From Gemmatimonadota bacterium (GTDB lineage Bacteria; Gemmatimonadota; Gemmatimonadetes; Gemmatimonadales; GWC2-71-9): DNA of 64,000 nt. Location: contig JAZDCZ010000239.1 of assembly GCA_036679605.1 (NCBI GenBank), forward strand, positions 1 through 64,000, in the 5' to 3' direction. Of this stretch, positions 55,759 to 64,000 are shown in pieces. The notes under the pieces were generated by a model. That model was not told where the DNA came from and did no database searches. It saw nothing but the letters and a program-made list of their open reading frames with translations. How positions within the stretch are numbered: the first letter of the stretch is position 1; each line of letters begins with the position of its first letter. The position numbers were made by a program, and so were the translations under genes.

Positions 55759-56349
55759 TCACATCGATCGCGGTTTGGGAACGAACCTCGGCACACGATC
55801 ACAGTAGGACTGGTACTCCGCACCGAATCTGTCGCTCAGCTCACGTTCCTCGAGAATCACTATCAGATAGAGCCCCAATATCGTGGCTGGAATCAACAGG
55901 TAACTGACGAGGTAGTTCGTAAAGAATGCGACCGCAACGACAGCAAAAGTGACACCCACATATCTCGGATTTCTCACTCGAGCGTAGATACCTTCGGTCA
56001 GCAGCTTGCTGTTGCCGTCGTCCACGGTAACCTCAGGGAGACCCGCGAGTATCCGAAATTTCAGGTGTCGCCTGCACTGCACTTCGATCGCGATGGATAT
56101 TCCGTAGAAGACTACGGCCAGGGGCATGAGTGCGAAATTTGTCCCAAACTCGACAGAGAGAAGCGGTGCTCGTACCGAGAAGACTAGGCCTGACAGGACC
56201 AGGCAAACGACCGTAACAATCGAATATGTGATGACGGGATGCAGCTTGCGCCACAACCCCGCCAGCGGATGAATGATCCACCAGAATGGAATGGCGAAGG
56301 TCATGGACACCAGAATGAGAACAGCAACCGAATAACGAGCGGTATCCAT
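55759..56349 (-). CDS. ICMT/PEMT-family membrane methyltransferase
   Basis: LLTEGIYARVRNPRY, EERELSDRFGAEY..YC..VPRF. Confidence 0.9.
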   Translation of the reverse strand: MDTARYSVAVLILVSMTFAIPFWWIIHPLAGLWRKLHPVITYSIVTVVCLVLSGLVFSVRAPLLSVEFGTNFALMPLAVVFYGISIAIEVQCRRHLKFRILAGLPEVTVDDGNSKLLTEGIYARVRNPRYVGVTFAVVAVAFFTNYLVSYLLIPATILGLYLIVILEERELSDRFGAEYQSYCDRVPRFVPKPRSM

Positions 56350-56411
56350 AGATATTCCGAGATAGTGTATATTAGTATCGGCGATATTTAATATTAGTAT
56401 AACCTAATTTC

Positions 56412-57146
56412 ATGAGAGATCAAGTTTTCGCTTCCCATACTTCGATCCCATACGTGACCGCCAATCAGATGCGAGACATCGACCGACGCATGATCGACGA
56501 TTACGGCATCGGACTGATCCAAATGATGGAAAACGCCGGGCGCAATCTGGCTCACCTGGCTCGACGGCGGTTTCTCGGTGGCGATGCTACGAACCAGACG
56601 ATCGTTGTCTTGACTGGACGTGGTGGCAACGGCGGCGGTTCAATGGTGTGCGCCCGCCGACTCAACAATTGGGCAGCGAACGTCGTAGTAGCGCTAACCG
56701 GAGCACCAGAACTGGGTTCAGTTTCCGCCCACCAACTTGCCACCCTGGAACAAATTGGAATCCGTATCGTAGATCAATGCGCCAATCTCGAACCTGCGAA
56801 CCTGATCGTGGACGGGATTATCGGCTACAGTCTGAGTGGTAATCCCACTGGTAATGCGGCGGAGATGATAAGATGGGCCAATGATAACAAAGCCCCAGTC
56901 TTGTCTTTGGACGTGCCTTCGGGAGTGGAGGCTACAACTGGGGAGGCCAAGGAGCCGGCCGTCCATGCCGATGCAACGATGACCCTCGCCTTACCCAAGA
57001 CCGGATTGCGTACCGGGAACGCAAAGAACCATGTAGGTGAGCTGTACCTGGCGGACATCGGGGTTCCGAACGCACTCTATCAGGAGATGGGACTTGGCGG
57101 TGTTCCTGGGCTGTTCGCGCAGGTGGAAATCATAAGGCTGCACTAG
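56412..57146 (+). CDS. nnrE: NAD(P)H-hydrate epimerase (stand-alone YjeF_N)
   Basis: MMENAG, GRGGNGGG, VDGIIGY, SLDVPSG, LALPKTG, LADIGVP. Confidence 0.9.
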   Translation: MRDQVFASHTSIPYVTANQMRDIDRRMIDDYGIGLIQMMENAGRNLAHLARRRFLGGDATNQTIVVLTGRGGNGGGSMVCARRLNNWAANVVVALTGAPELGSVSAHQLATLEQIGIRIVDQCANLEPANLIVDGIIGYSLSGNPTGNAAEMIRWANDNKAPVLSLDVPSGVEATTGEAKEPAVHADATMTLALPKTGLRTGNAKNHVGELYLADIGVPNALYQEMGLGGVPGLFAQVEIIRLH

Positions 57147-57231
57147 AAGCGAACCGCTCAAACTCGCGCCACATCCCTGGCGTTGCGGCTTGCCGCCATC
57201 TAGCTTTGGTGACCCTCACGACCGACCTCTG

Positions 57232-59661
57232 ATGACTGATTTCATCACACAACTCCAACAAGGCTTGCCTGAGCGCTACACGGTTGAACGCGAGTTGCGT
57301 CGCGGAGGCATGGGCAACGTTGTTCTGGCTCGAGAGCGGCATCCCAACCGCCAAGTGGCAATCAAGGTCCTGGATCCAAGCATAACGGCACGATTGGGGA
57401 GGGAGCGATTCCTTAGGGAAATCGACCTTGCGTCTAGTCTCACTCACCCCCACATCGTTCCGATCTTCGCAGCTGGTGAGGCTGCCGGATTGCTGTATTA
57501 CGTCATGCCCTATGTCTCGGGCGAAACTCTGCGAGAGCGCATTTCGCAGATCGGCCGACTACCGGTCGAGGAGGCCATTGGCATCGCTTACGAAGTAGCC
57601 GACGCACTCGACTATGCCCACCAACGAAACGTCGTGCACCGTGACATAAAGCCCGAGAACATTCTCATACAGGGAAGCCATGTTCTCGTTACCGACTTCG
57701 GGGTGGCGCGCGCGATCAGTGAGGCCGGTAGCGAACCGATCACCCTTCCCGGTGTCGCGCTCGGGACCCCGGCCTACATGAGCCCCGAACAGGTCACAGC
57801 CGATGGAGGGATCGATGGACGGGCAGACGTATACGCGCTGGGCTGCGTGTTATTCGAGATGCTTGCCGGCCAACCACCGTTCACGGGCAAGGATGCGCGA
57901 ACCATTCTGACGCGCCAAGTCATGGATCCGATACCGTTGATTCAGACCAGCAGAGAAGATGTTCCGGACGATCTCGCGGCGATAGTCACAGCGGCGTTGG
58001 CTAAGGCGCCCGCAGACCGTATTTCCTCGGCAAACGATCTCACACAGTCGTTGGCGGTTGTCAGGGCTGCCACCACCTCGGGGTTCTCTACGCCCCCGCC
58101 GGCGACGCTCAGTCGAGATCACCCGGCTGCAACACGCAGTCTCAAATCTGTTGCCGCAATCGTCGCCGTCTTGATACTGGTGACCATGTTGTGGCGCCCT
58201 TGGAAGGACCGGGCGGCCACGCTCGCTGCAGCAAACACCGTGTACCTCGATTCCGTCGCTGTCATGTTGTTTGACAACCTGACAGCTGATGCCCAGTACG
58301 ATCGTTTGAGCATTGGGGTAACTGACGAGATCATCCGCCGTCTGAGCCGGATCCCGCCGCTCAAAGTCATCTCACGATATTCGGTGGAAGCGCTGGAAAC
58401 CGATAAACTCACCACTCCACAGATAGCGGACTCTCTAGGCGTGCGGCACGTAATACGCGGCACACTCCAACTCGTCCGCGACAGCATCCGTGTTACCGCA
58501 CAGTACATCGACGCATCCACCGATCAGGTTGTATGGGCAGAAACTACGACCGGAAACTCGGCCGATCCTTTTGAGATTCAGGAGACCATAGCAAGCAACA
58601 TCGGCGCAAGACTGACCACGTTGATGGGACTGAGTGACCTACCTGACACACCGGGGGGCGTCCATCACGGGCCGGGATACGACGAGTATCTTGTAGGATC
58701 GCATTGGAAGAATCGCCGCACGCCGGAAGGGCTTAGGCGAGCGTTGACGGCATACACCAACGCCATCGGGCTCGATTCCGCGTACGCCCTGGCATACGCC
58801 GATCTATCGACGGTCTACGCTCTGTCACTCACCTATCGCTACGACATCGGCTTGGACGGCTACCGGGCGGCGGGTATGGCACTGGCCAGGGCCGAACACG
58901 CCGTCGAGCTTGATCCAAATCTCGCAAACGCCTACGTAGCACGTGGTTACATACGCGCGATATCCAACGCGCCCACCGAGATTGTGGCAGCCGATTTCGA
59001 GCGAGCCAGGGAGTTAGCACCCAACTCACCGAGCGTACCGTCCTGGTCCGCCCGGGTGTTTGGGAGACAGGGACAGTTGGACGCTGCCTTACGTGAATCC
59101 CTGCGCGCCGTCGATCTCGATCCGCGGTCGGCAAGTCGGCATGTCGGGTCGGCATTGTGGGCACTCCGGGTCGGGAAATACGACCTCGCAGTCTCTGAAG
59201 CACGTAAGGCCACCAGGTTCGAACCGGGACTCATGTTGTCACGAGCCCTGGAGGCACGGGGACTGCTGCTCGGTGGCAACTTCGCCGAGTGCGTAACGAT
59301 TGAACTTGGACCCAACTCAGTGATCCGCGCGACATGTCTCCGTGCAATGGGGAGCATTGATGAAGCCGAGACACTAGTCGATTCTGTTATGACCGATCTT
59401 TCTGCTGGTTCGCAACACGACACCGTGTTCACCGATGTACCAAGAACCGAGGATCTTGCTGTTTATTATGCGATGGCGGGGAATGTAGACAGCTCACTCA
59501 TGTGGATTGAGCGTAGTTACAAGCTCTCGCCCAGCGGCATTGAGATCATGGTGTTGGGATCAGCTCTATTCGACAGAGTCCGTGACGACCCAAGGTTCGT
59601 CCGAAATGTTGAGAGAATTCGTGGGCAAATCTGGAGCCGAGTGCGGCAAAACTTGCCGTAG
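57232..59661 (+). CDS. Ser/Thr protein kinase with TM, TolB-like and TPR domains
   Basis: VAIK, HRDIKPEN, DFG, GTPAYMSPE; SVAVMLFDNL; AIGLDSAYALAY and AVELDPNLANAY TPRs. Confidence 0.93.
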   Translation: MTDFITQLQQGLPERYTVERELRRGGMGNVVLARERHPNRQVAIKVLDPSITARLGRERFLREIDLASSLTHPHIVPIFAAGEAAGLLYYVMPYVSGETLRERISQIGRLPVEEAIGIAYEVADALDYAHQRNVVHRDIKPENILIQGSHVLVTDFGVARAISEAGSEPITLPGVALGTPAYMSPEQVTADGGIDGRADVYALGCVLFEMLAGQPPFTGKDARTILTRQVMDPIPLIQTSREDVPDDLAAIVTAALAKAPADRISSANDLTQSLAVVRAATTSGFSTPPPATLSRDHPAATRSLKSVAAIVAVLILVTMLWRPWKDRAATLAAANTVYLDSVAVMLFDNLTADAQYDRLSIGVTDEIIRRLSRIPPLKVISRYSVEALETDKLTTPQIADSLGVRHVIRGTLQLVRDSIRVTAQYIDASTDQVVWAETTTGNSADPFEIQETIASNIGARLTTLMGLSDLPDTPGGVHHGPGYDEYLVGSHWKNRRTPEGLRRALTAYTNAIGLDSAYALAYADLSTVYALSLTYRYDIGLDGYRAAGMALARAEHAVELDPNLANAYVARGYIRAISNAPTEIVAADFERARELAPNSPSVPSWSARVFGRQGQLDAALRESLRAVDLDPRSASRHVGSALWALRVGKYDLAVSEARKATRFEPGLMLSRALEARGLLLGGNFAECVTIELGPNSVIRATCLRAMGSIDEAETLVDSVMTDLSAGSQHDTVFTDVPRTEDLAVYYAMAGNVDSSLMWIERSYKLSPSGIEIMVLGSALFDRVRDDPRFVRNVERIRGQIWSRVRQNLP

Positions 59662-59859
59662 GACACACCGCACACCGGCCTCGCCAAACGCCGAAGTCAT
59701 CACCCTCCGTTCCGAACGCGTCGCAGCACGCCTGCACGACCGAGTGAACGTCGAACAAGATGGCAAACATGTCGAATGCACCTACCTTCACTGCGTGGAC
59801 ATCTCAAGCCATGACTCTCTGTCGCACGATGAATGAACTGAGGCAACGATATCGGTGAC

Positions 59860-61023
59860 GTGATCGAAGGTCCATCTCTCCCGCCCGTCGTCAAAAAGCT
59901 GGGAGTTGTCTCGTTTTTCAACGATCTCGCCAGCGAGATGGTGTATCCCCTTCTCCCCAACCTCATCACCTCGCAACTGGGCGCGCCGGCCCTAGCACTC
60001 GGTGCGCTCGACGGTATTTCCGATGCAGTTTCGGCAGTCGTAAAACTAGTCTCCGGTCGGCTCGCCGACAGAGCCCGATTGCGTGGGCCTCTCGTCATTG
60101 GAGGCTACTGTATCGCGGCGGTGGTGCGACCAGCCATGGGATGGGCGAGCACCGTTTGGCAGGTGATTGCTCTCAGGGCAACCGACCGAATGGGCAAGGG
60201 CGTCCGCAATCCCCCTCGGGACGCCGTCATCGCCGACGCAACGGACGCCACCCTTCGTGGCCGCGCTTTCGGATTCCACCGCGCAATGGATCACGCTGGT
60301 GCCGTTGTCGGCCCGCTCATCGCATGGCTGTTGATTGCCTCCATGAGCATGGATCCCACCGATGTTATCACCTGGAGTGTCGTGCCGGGGCTACTCGCGG
60401 CAACCGTGGCAACTGTTGCAATGCGAGGCCTAGCAATGCCTGCGCAATCATCAGCCACCGACATGTCTGCACCTCCCGAACGATCGGCCGCGGCAGCGCC
60501 ATCACGACCAACACTCATTCTCATAGTCTTGTTCGCCTTTTCCCGCGTACCCGAAACCCTATTCCTTCTTCGCCTGCAAGATTTGGGAGTGACAGTTGCT
60601 TTGATTCCAATAGCGTGGGCTTTGCTGCACATAGTCCGTTCTGTCAGCAGCTATCCGGGTGGCTGGTTGTCTGACCGCCTCGGCCCGCGGATTACCATGA
60701 TTGCAGGTTGGACCGTCTATGGCACAGTGTGCACGGGCTTCGGCATGACACAGTCAACGCTGACGGCTGGTCTCTGGTTTCTTGGCCTTGGACTGGCAAC
60801 ATCTCTAACAGAGTCACCCGAACGGGCATTCATAGCAGCGTCGGCTCCCATCCAGCGCGGCACCCGTTTCGGCATCTACCACGCCCTGGTCGGTATCGCG
60901 GCGCTGCCCGGCGGATTGATGTTCGGATTGATCTACACCAAGAGTGGCGGAGCGCTCACCGTACTCGTGAGCGCTGCTCTCTCCATGATGCTAGCAGCAG
61001 CTGGATTTGTCTCCAAGCGATAA
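59860..61023 (+). CDS. MFS transporter
   Basis: NDLASEM, GRLADR, DRMGKGVR, RGRAFGFHRAMD, GWLSDRLG. Confidence 0.93.
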   Translation: MIEGPSLPPVVKKLGVVSFFNDLASEMVYPLLPNLITSQLGAPALALGALDGISDAVSAVVKLVSGRLADRARLRGPLVIGGYCIAAVVRPAMGWASTVWQVIALRATDRMGKGVRNPPRDAVIADATDATLRGRAFGFHRAMDHAGAVVGPLIAWLLIASMSMDPTDVITWSVVPGLLAATVATVAMRGLAMPAQSSATDMSAPPERSAAAAPSRPTLILIVLFAFSRVPETLFLLRLQDLGVTVALIPIAWALLHIVRSVSSYPGGWLSDRLGPRITMIAGWTVYGTVCTGFGMTQSTLTAGLWFLGLGLATSLTESPERAFIAASAPIQRGTRFGIYHALVGIAALPGGLMFGLIYTKSGGALTVLVSAALSMMLAAAGFVSKR

Positions 61024-61090
61024 GGCACCTGCCCGGCCATTTTGAGTACTATATGTATTCGAATCCTCGATTAACCCACAGGTCGAGCAC

Positions 61091-62242
61091 ATGACGCCCT
61101 CAGAGCTTCCCGAACTAGAACACCACGAGATGCTGCGGTATTCCCGCCATCTCATGCTGCCCGAAGTAGGCCCCGAGGGACAACGACGCCTCAAGGCAGC
61201 TCGAGTCGTGTTGATCGGTGCCGGTGGACTTGGCTCGCCGGCATCACTTTACTTGGCGGCAGCCGGAGTCGGTACGCTCGGGATCGTGGATTTCGACGTG
61301 GTGGACGAAACGAATCTCCAGCGACAGATACTCCACGGGACGGATACAATCGGCCAATCCAAGCTCGTGTCCGCAGAGTTACGTATCAAGAATCTCAATC
61401 CCCATGTACGTGTAGAATCATTCAATGAGCGTCTGACATCGGAAAACGCATTGGAGATTCTGCGTGACTTCGACATCGTGTTAGACGGAAGTGACAACTT
61501 CCCCACCCGATATTTGGTGAATGACGCGTGTGTCCTCTTGGGTAAACCCAACGCATACGGAGCGATATTCCGTTTCGAGGGTCAGGCATCGGTGTTCTAC
61601 GCCAACGAAGGACCTTGCTATCGCTGTTTGTTTCGTGAGCCTCCGCCACCGGGCCTCGTACCATCGTGCGCAGAGGGAGGTGTGCTGGGGGTGCTGCCTG
61701 GAATCATGGGCTCCATCCAGGCGCTCGAAGTAATCAAGTTGATACTGGGCAAAGGAGACACCTTGATCGGACGGCTAGTCCTGTTCGACGCACTCAAGTT
61801 CCAATTCCGTGAACTCAAGCTCAGCAAGGATCCTGAGTGCAGCGTCTGCGGTGAGCAACCTACTATTCGTGAATTGATCGACTACGACATGCTGTGCGGA
61901 GTCGGCTCTGAACCAGCATATGACGGGCCGGAAGTGACGCCTTCAGCACTAACCAAAGAACTGGAGCAGCGCCGCCCGATCGTTCTGCTTGATGTGCGCG
62001 AAGCCCACGAGTGGGAAATCTGCCACATCGAAGGGGCGCGACTCATTCCCCTCGGCGAGTTGCCGGCACGATTAAATGAGTTAGACGGACACGACGAAAT
62101 AGTCACACACTGTCACAGCGGTGTGCGATCCATGCAAGCACTCGAGATCCTGCAGGCGGCAGGCTTCAGAAAGGTGCGCAATCTAAGAGGCGGCATTGAC
62201 GCATGGTCCACCGACGTTGATCCGACCATTCCTCGCTACTAG
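61091..62242 (+). CDS. moeB: MoeB/MoeZ adenylyltransferase with a C-terminal rhodanese domain
   Basis: RYSRH, GAGGLG, NLQRQ, PCYRC, SCAEGG, CSVC; LDVRE..EW, HCHSGVRS. Confidence 0.95.
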   Translation: MTPSELPELEHHEMLRYSRHLMLPEVGPEGQRRLKAARVVLIGAGGLGSPASLYLAAAGVGTLGIVDFDVVDETNLQRQILHGTDTIGQSKLVSAELRIKNLNPHVRVESFNERLTSENALEILRDFDIVLDGSDNFPTRYLVNDACVLLGKPNAYGAIFRFEGQASVFYANEGPCYRCLFREPPPPGLVPSCAEGGVLGVLPGIMGSIQALEVIKLILGKGDTLIGRLVLFDALKFQFRELKLSKDPECSVCGEQPTIRELIDYDMLCGVGSEPAYDGPEVTPSALTKELEQRRPIVLLDVREAHEWEICHIEGARLIPLGELPARLNELDGHDEIVTHCHSGVRSMQALEILQAAGFRKVRNLRGGIDAWSTDVDPTIPRY

Positions 62243-62251
62243 AGTGTTCTC

Positions 62252-64000
62252 GTGAGCCGTCAACCCATCCGCCGAATTCTATTGAGCGTCGTCTTTGTGG
62301 CCGCGATCGGTTTCGCACATTACATGGACCTGAGCAGTACTGGCGGATCTCAACCCAAATGGTCACGCGACCTGGGGTTCACGTTGGAGAATGTCGCCGG
62401 CGAAGTTGGTCTGGATTTCATTCACCAGGCCACGACACTCGACCCGAAGCTCGACAACGTAGCGCCACACATCGCCGCCGTTGGAGCCTCTGTATCTGTG
62501 ACAGATGCGGACAATGACGGTTGGCCTGATCTCTACTTGACCAGCAGCCGCTTTGGTACCTCCAACGCTCTGTACCTAAATCAGCAAGACGGCTCCTTCC
62601 GCGACGTGGCGATCCGGGCCGGCGTCGCCGATTTGAACCGCGAGGGTGAAGGCGTATCCATGGGCTCCGTTTGGGGAGACTATGACAACGACGGCCTGGA
62701 AGATCTGTTCGTATACAAGTACGGATACCCCCAACTGTTTCGCAACTTGGGAAACCTCGAGTTCGAAGACGTAACGGAGTCGGCTGGACTTCACCGGTGG
62801 ATGAATAGTAACAACGCACTTTGGTTCGATTTCGATCGCGACGGCCAACTCGACTTGTATGTAAGTGGCTACTTCCGATCCGACATCGACATGTGGCACG
62901 TGCAAAGCACGAAGATCATGCATAACAGTTTCGAGTTCGCCAACAATGGTGGAGCGAATGTTCTCTACCGGAACATGGGTGACGGGCACTTTGAAGACGT
63001 AACCGATCAAACGGGGATGGTGAACACCCGCTGGACATTGGCGTCGGCGTCGGCAGACTTCAACGGAGACGGCTGGCCCGATCTGTATATCGCCAACGAC
63101 TACGGCCCCGAGGAACTCTATCTGAACCACAGCGGAGAGCACTTTACTCTCACGAGAGCGGGTCTAGCCGATGACTCGAAGAGTGGAATGTCGGTTGCCT
63201 TGGGCGATCTATACAACCGCGGGCGCTCGGACGTATTCGTAACGAACATCTCCGAACGAGGCTACCTGTTCCAAGGCAACAACTTGAGGATCAACTTCAT
63301 CGATGAACTAGGGCGATTCGAGGAGGTCGCCAAAGGAGTTGTAGCCGATGCCGGCTGGGCCTGGGGTGCTCAATTCGGAGATCTCAACAACGACGGACAT
63401 CTGGATCTGTTTGTCGCCAACGGCTTTATCTCCGCCGACACACAGAAGGATTATTGGTACGGTATGTCTAAGGTATCGGGCAGTGCAGGACAGATTTTTG
63501 AGGACGCACGCAATTGGCCGCCGATCGGTACGGCGAGCCTGTCCGGGTACGAACGATCTCGCGTGTTGCTCAATACTGACGGCGCTGAGCTGGTAGACGT
63601 TGCCGACGCGGTTGGTGTAACGGATGACTACGATGGCCGAGCAGTCGCGATGGTCGATTTATTCAACCGCGGCGTGCTCGACGTGGTCGTGGCAAACCAG
63701 AAGGGGCCGATCCTGCTCTACAAGAATTCCGTCGACCCCACCAACCATTGGATCACGTTCAAGCTCGTGGGCAGCAAGAGCAACCGCAGCGCGATCGGCG
63801 CCGAGGTCGTCGTAGAATTCGGGAGCGTGAAGCAACGCCAGATCGTGGGCGGCGGAATGGGTTTCTCGAGTCAAAACGACCGGAGACTACACTTTGGTTT
63901 GGGTAGGGAACGGCGTGTGCAAGTTACCATCCAATGGCCGTCAGGAGAAAAGCAGACGTTGCGCAGGCTAAGCGTCGACCAACTCCACGTGATCCAGGAA
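62252..64000 (+). CDS. CRTAC1-family FG-GAP plus ASPIC/UnbV protein; partial, runs off the window, absent from the ORF track
   Basis: Translation by hand from GTG 62252: DADNDGWPDLY, GDYDNDGLEDLF, DFNGDGWPDLY, ending LHFGLG...VTIQWPSG; no stop seen before 64000. Confidence 0.9.
   Translation, partial: MSRQPIRRILLSVVFVAAIGFAHYMDLSSTGGSQPKWSRDLGFTLENVAGEVGLDFIHQATTLDPKLDNVAPHIAAVGASVSVTDADNDGWPDLYLTSSRFGTSNALYLNQQDGSFRDVAIRAGVADLNREGEGVSMGSVWGDYDNDGLEDLFVYKYGYPQLFRNLGNLEFEDVTESAGLHRWMNSNNALWFDFDRDGQLDLYVSGYFRSDIDMWHVQSTKIMHNSFEFANNGGANVLYRNMGDGHFEDVTDQTGMVNTRWTLASASADFNGDGWPDLYIANDYGPEELYLNHSGEHFTLTRAGLADDSKSGMSVALGDLYNRGRSDVFVTNISERGYLFQGNNLRINFIDELGRFEEVAKGVVADAGWAWGAQFGDLNNDGHLDLFVANGFISADTQKDYWYGMSKVSGSAGQIFEDARNWPPIGTASLSGYERSRVLLNTDGAELVDVADAVGVTDDYDGRAVAMVDLFNRGVLDVVVANQKGPILLYKNSVDPTNHWITFKLVGSKSNRSAIGAEVVVEFGSVKQRQIVGGGMGFSSQNDRRLHFGLGRERRVQVTIQWPSGEKQTLRRLSVDQLHVIQE

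Noticed and set aside
59662..59859. Small ORFs in the kinase-MFS gap
   Set aside because: No convincing start, RBS or motif on either strand.
62418..63874. Short ORFs listed at the window end
   Set aside because: They are shadows of the CRTAC1-family frame starting at 62252.

Overview
Bacterial chromosomal DNA. Gemmatimonadota is inferred from the Hanks-kinase, HEAT-repeat and carboxypeptidase-regulatory-domain gene types; no marker gene confirms this. I saw no rRNA, tRNA, CRISPR array or transposase. Contents, left to right: (1) a Phd-VapC toxin-antitoxin pair between two 55-bp hairpin-rich direct repeats; (2) a frameshifted M48 protease and an ECF sigma/anti-sigma/HEAT-protein operon; (3) a nucleotide/nucleoside catabolism operon (cpdB-like, add, nupC, punA, deoC) that also carries two microcompartment vertex genes, with DeoC bearing a probable encapsulation peptide; (4) dnaK and htrA; (5) a caa3-type oxidase operon; (6) an amidase, a Ser/Thr kinase, a histidine kinase and a sigma54 activator, followed by a sigma54 promoter and three uncharacterised envelope genes (cupredoxin-like, Met-rich barrel, 683-aa lipoprotein); (7) an 18-gene, about 15.6-kb minus-strand respiratory cluster; (8) puuD, nnrE, a kinase-TPR protein, an MFS transporter, moeB and a CRTAC1/ASPIC protein running off the window end. 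Region 7 is the best candidate for an undescribed system. It joins a second A1 heme-copper oxidase to a CydB-less, Q-loop-less bd-like subunit, five c-type hemes, and a putative tetrapyrrole-maturation module (radical SAM, USP protein with Cys-Pro motifs, ferredoxin, Mrp, four PCP_red domains, divergent hmuY). All calls come from reading motifs by eye; no database searches were run.
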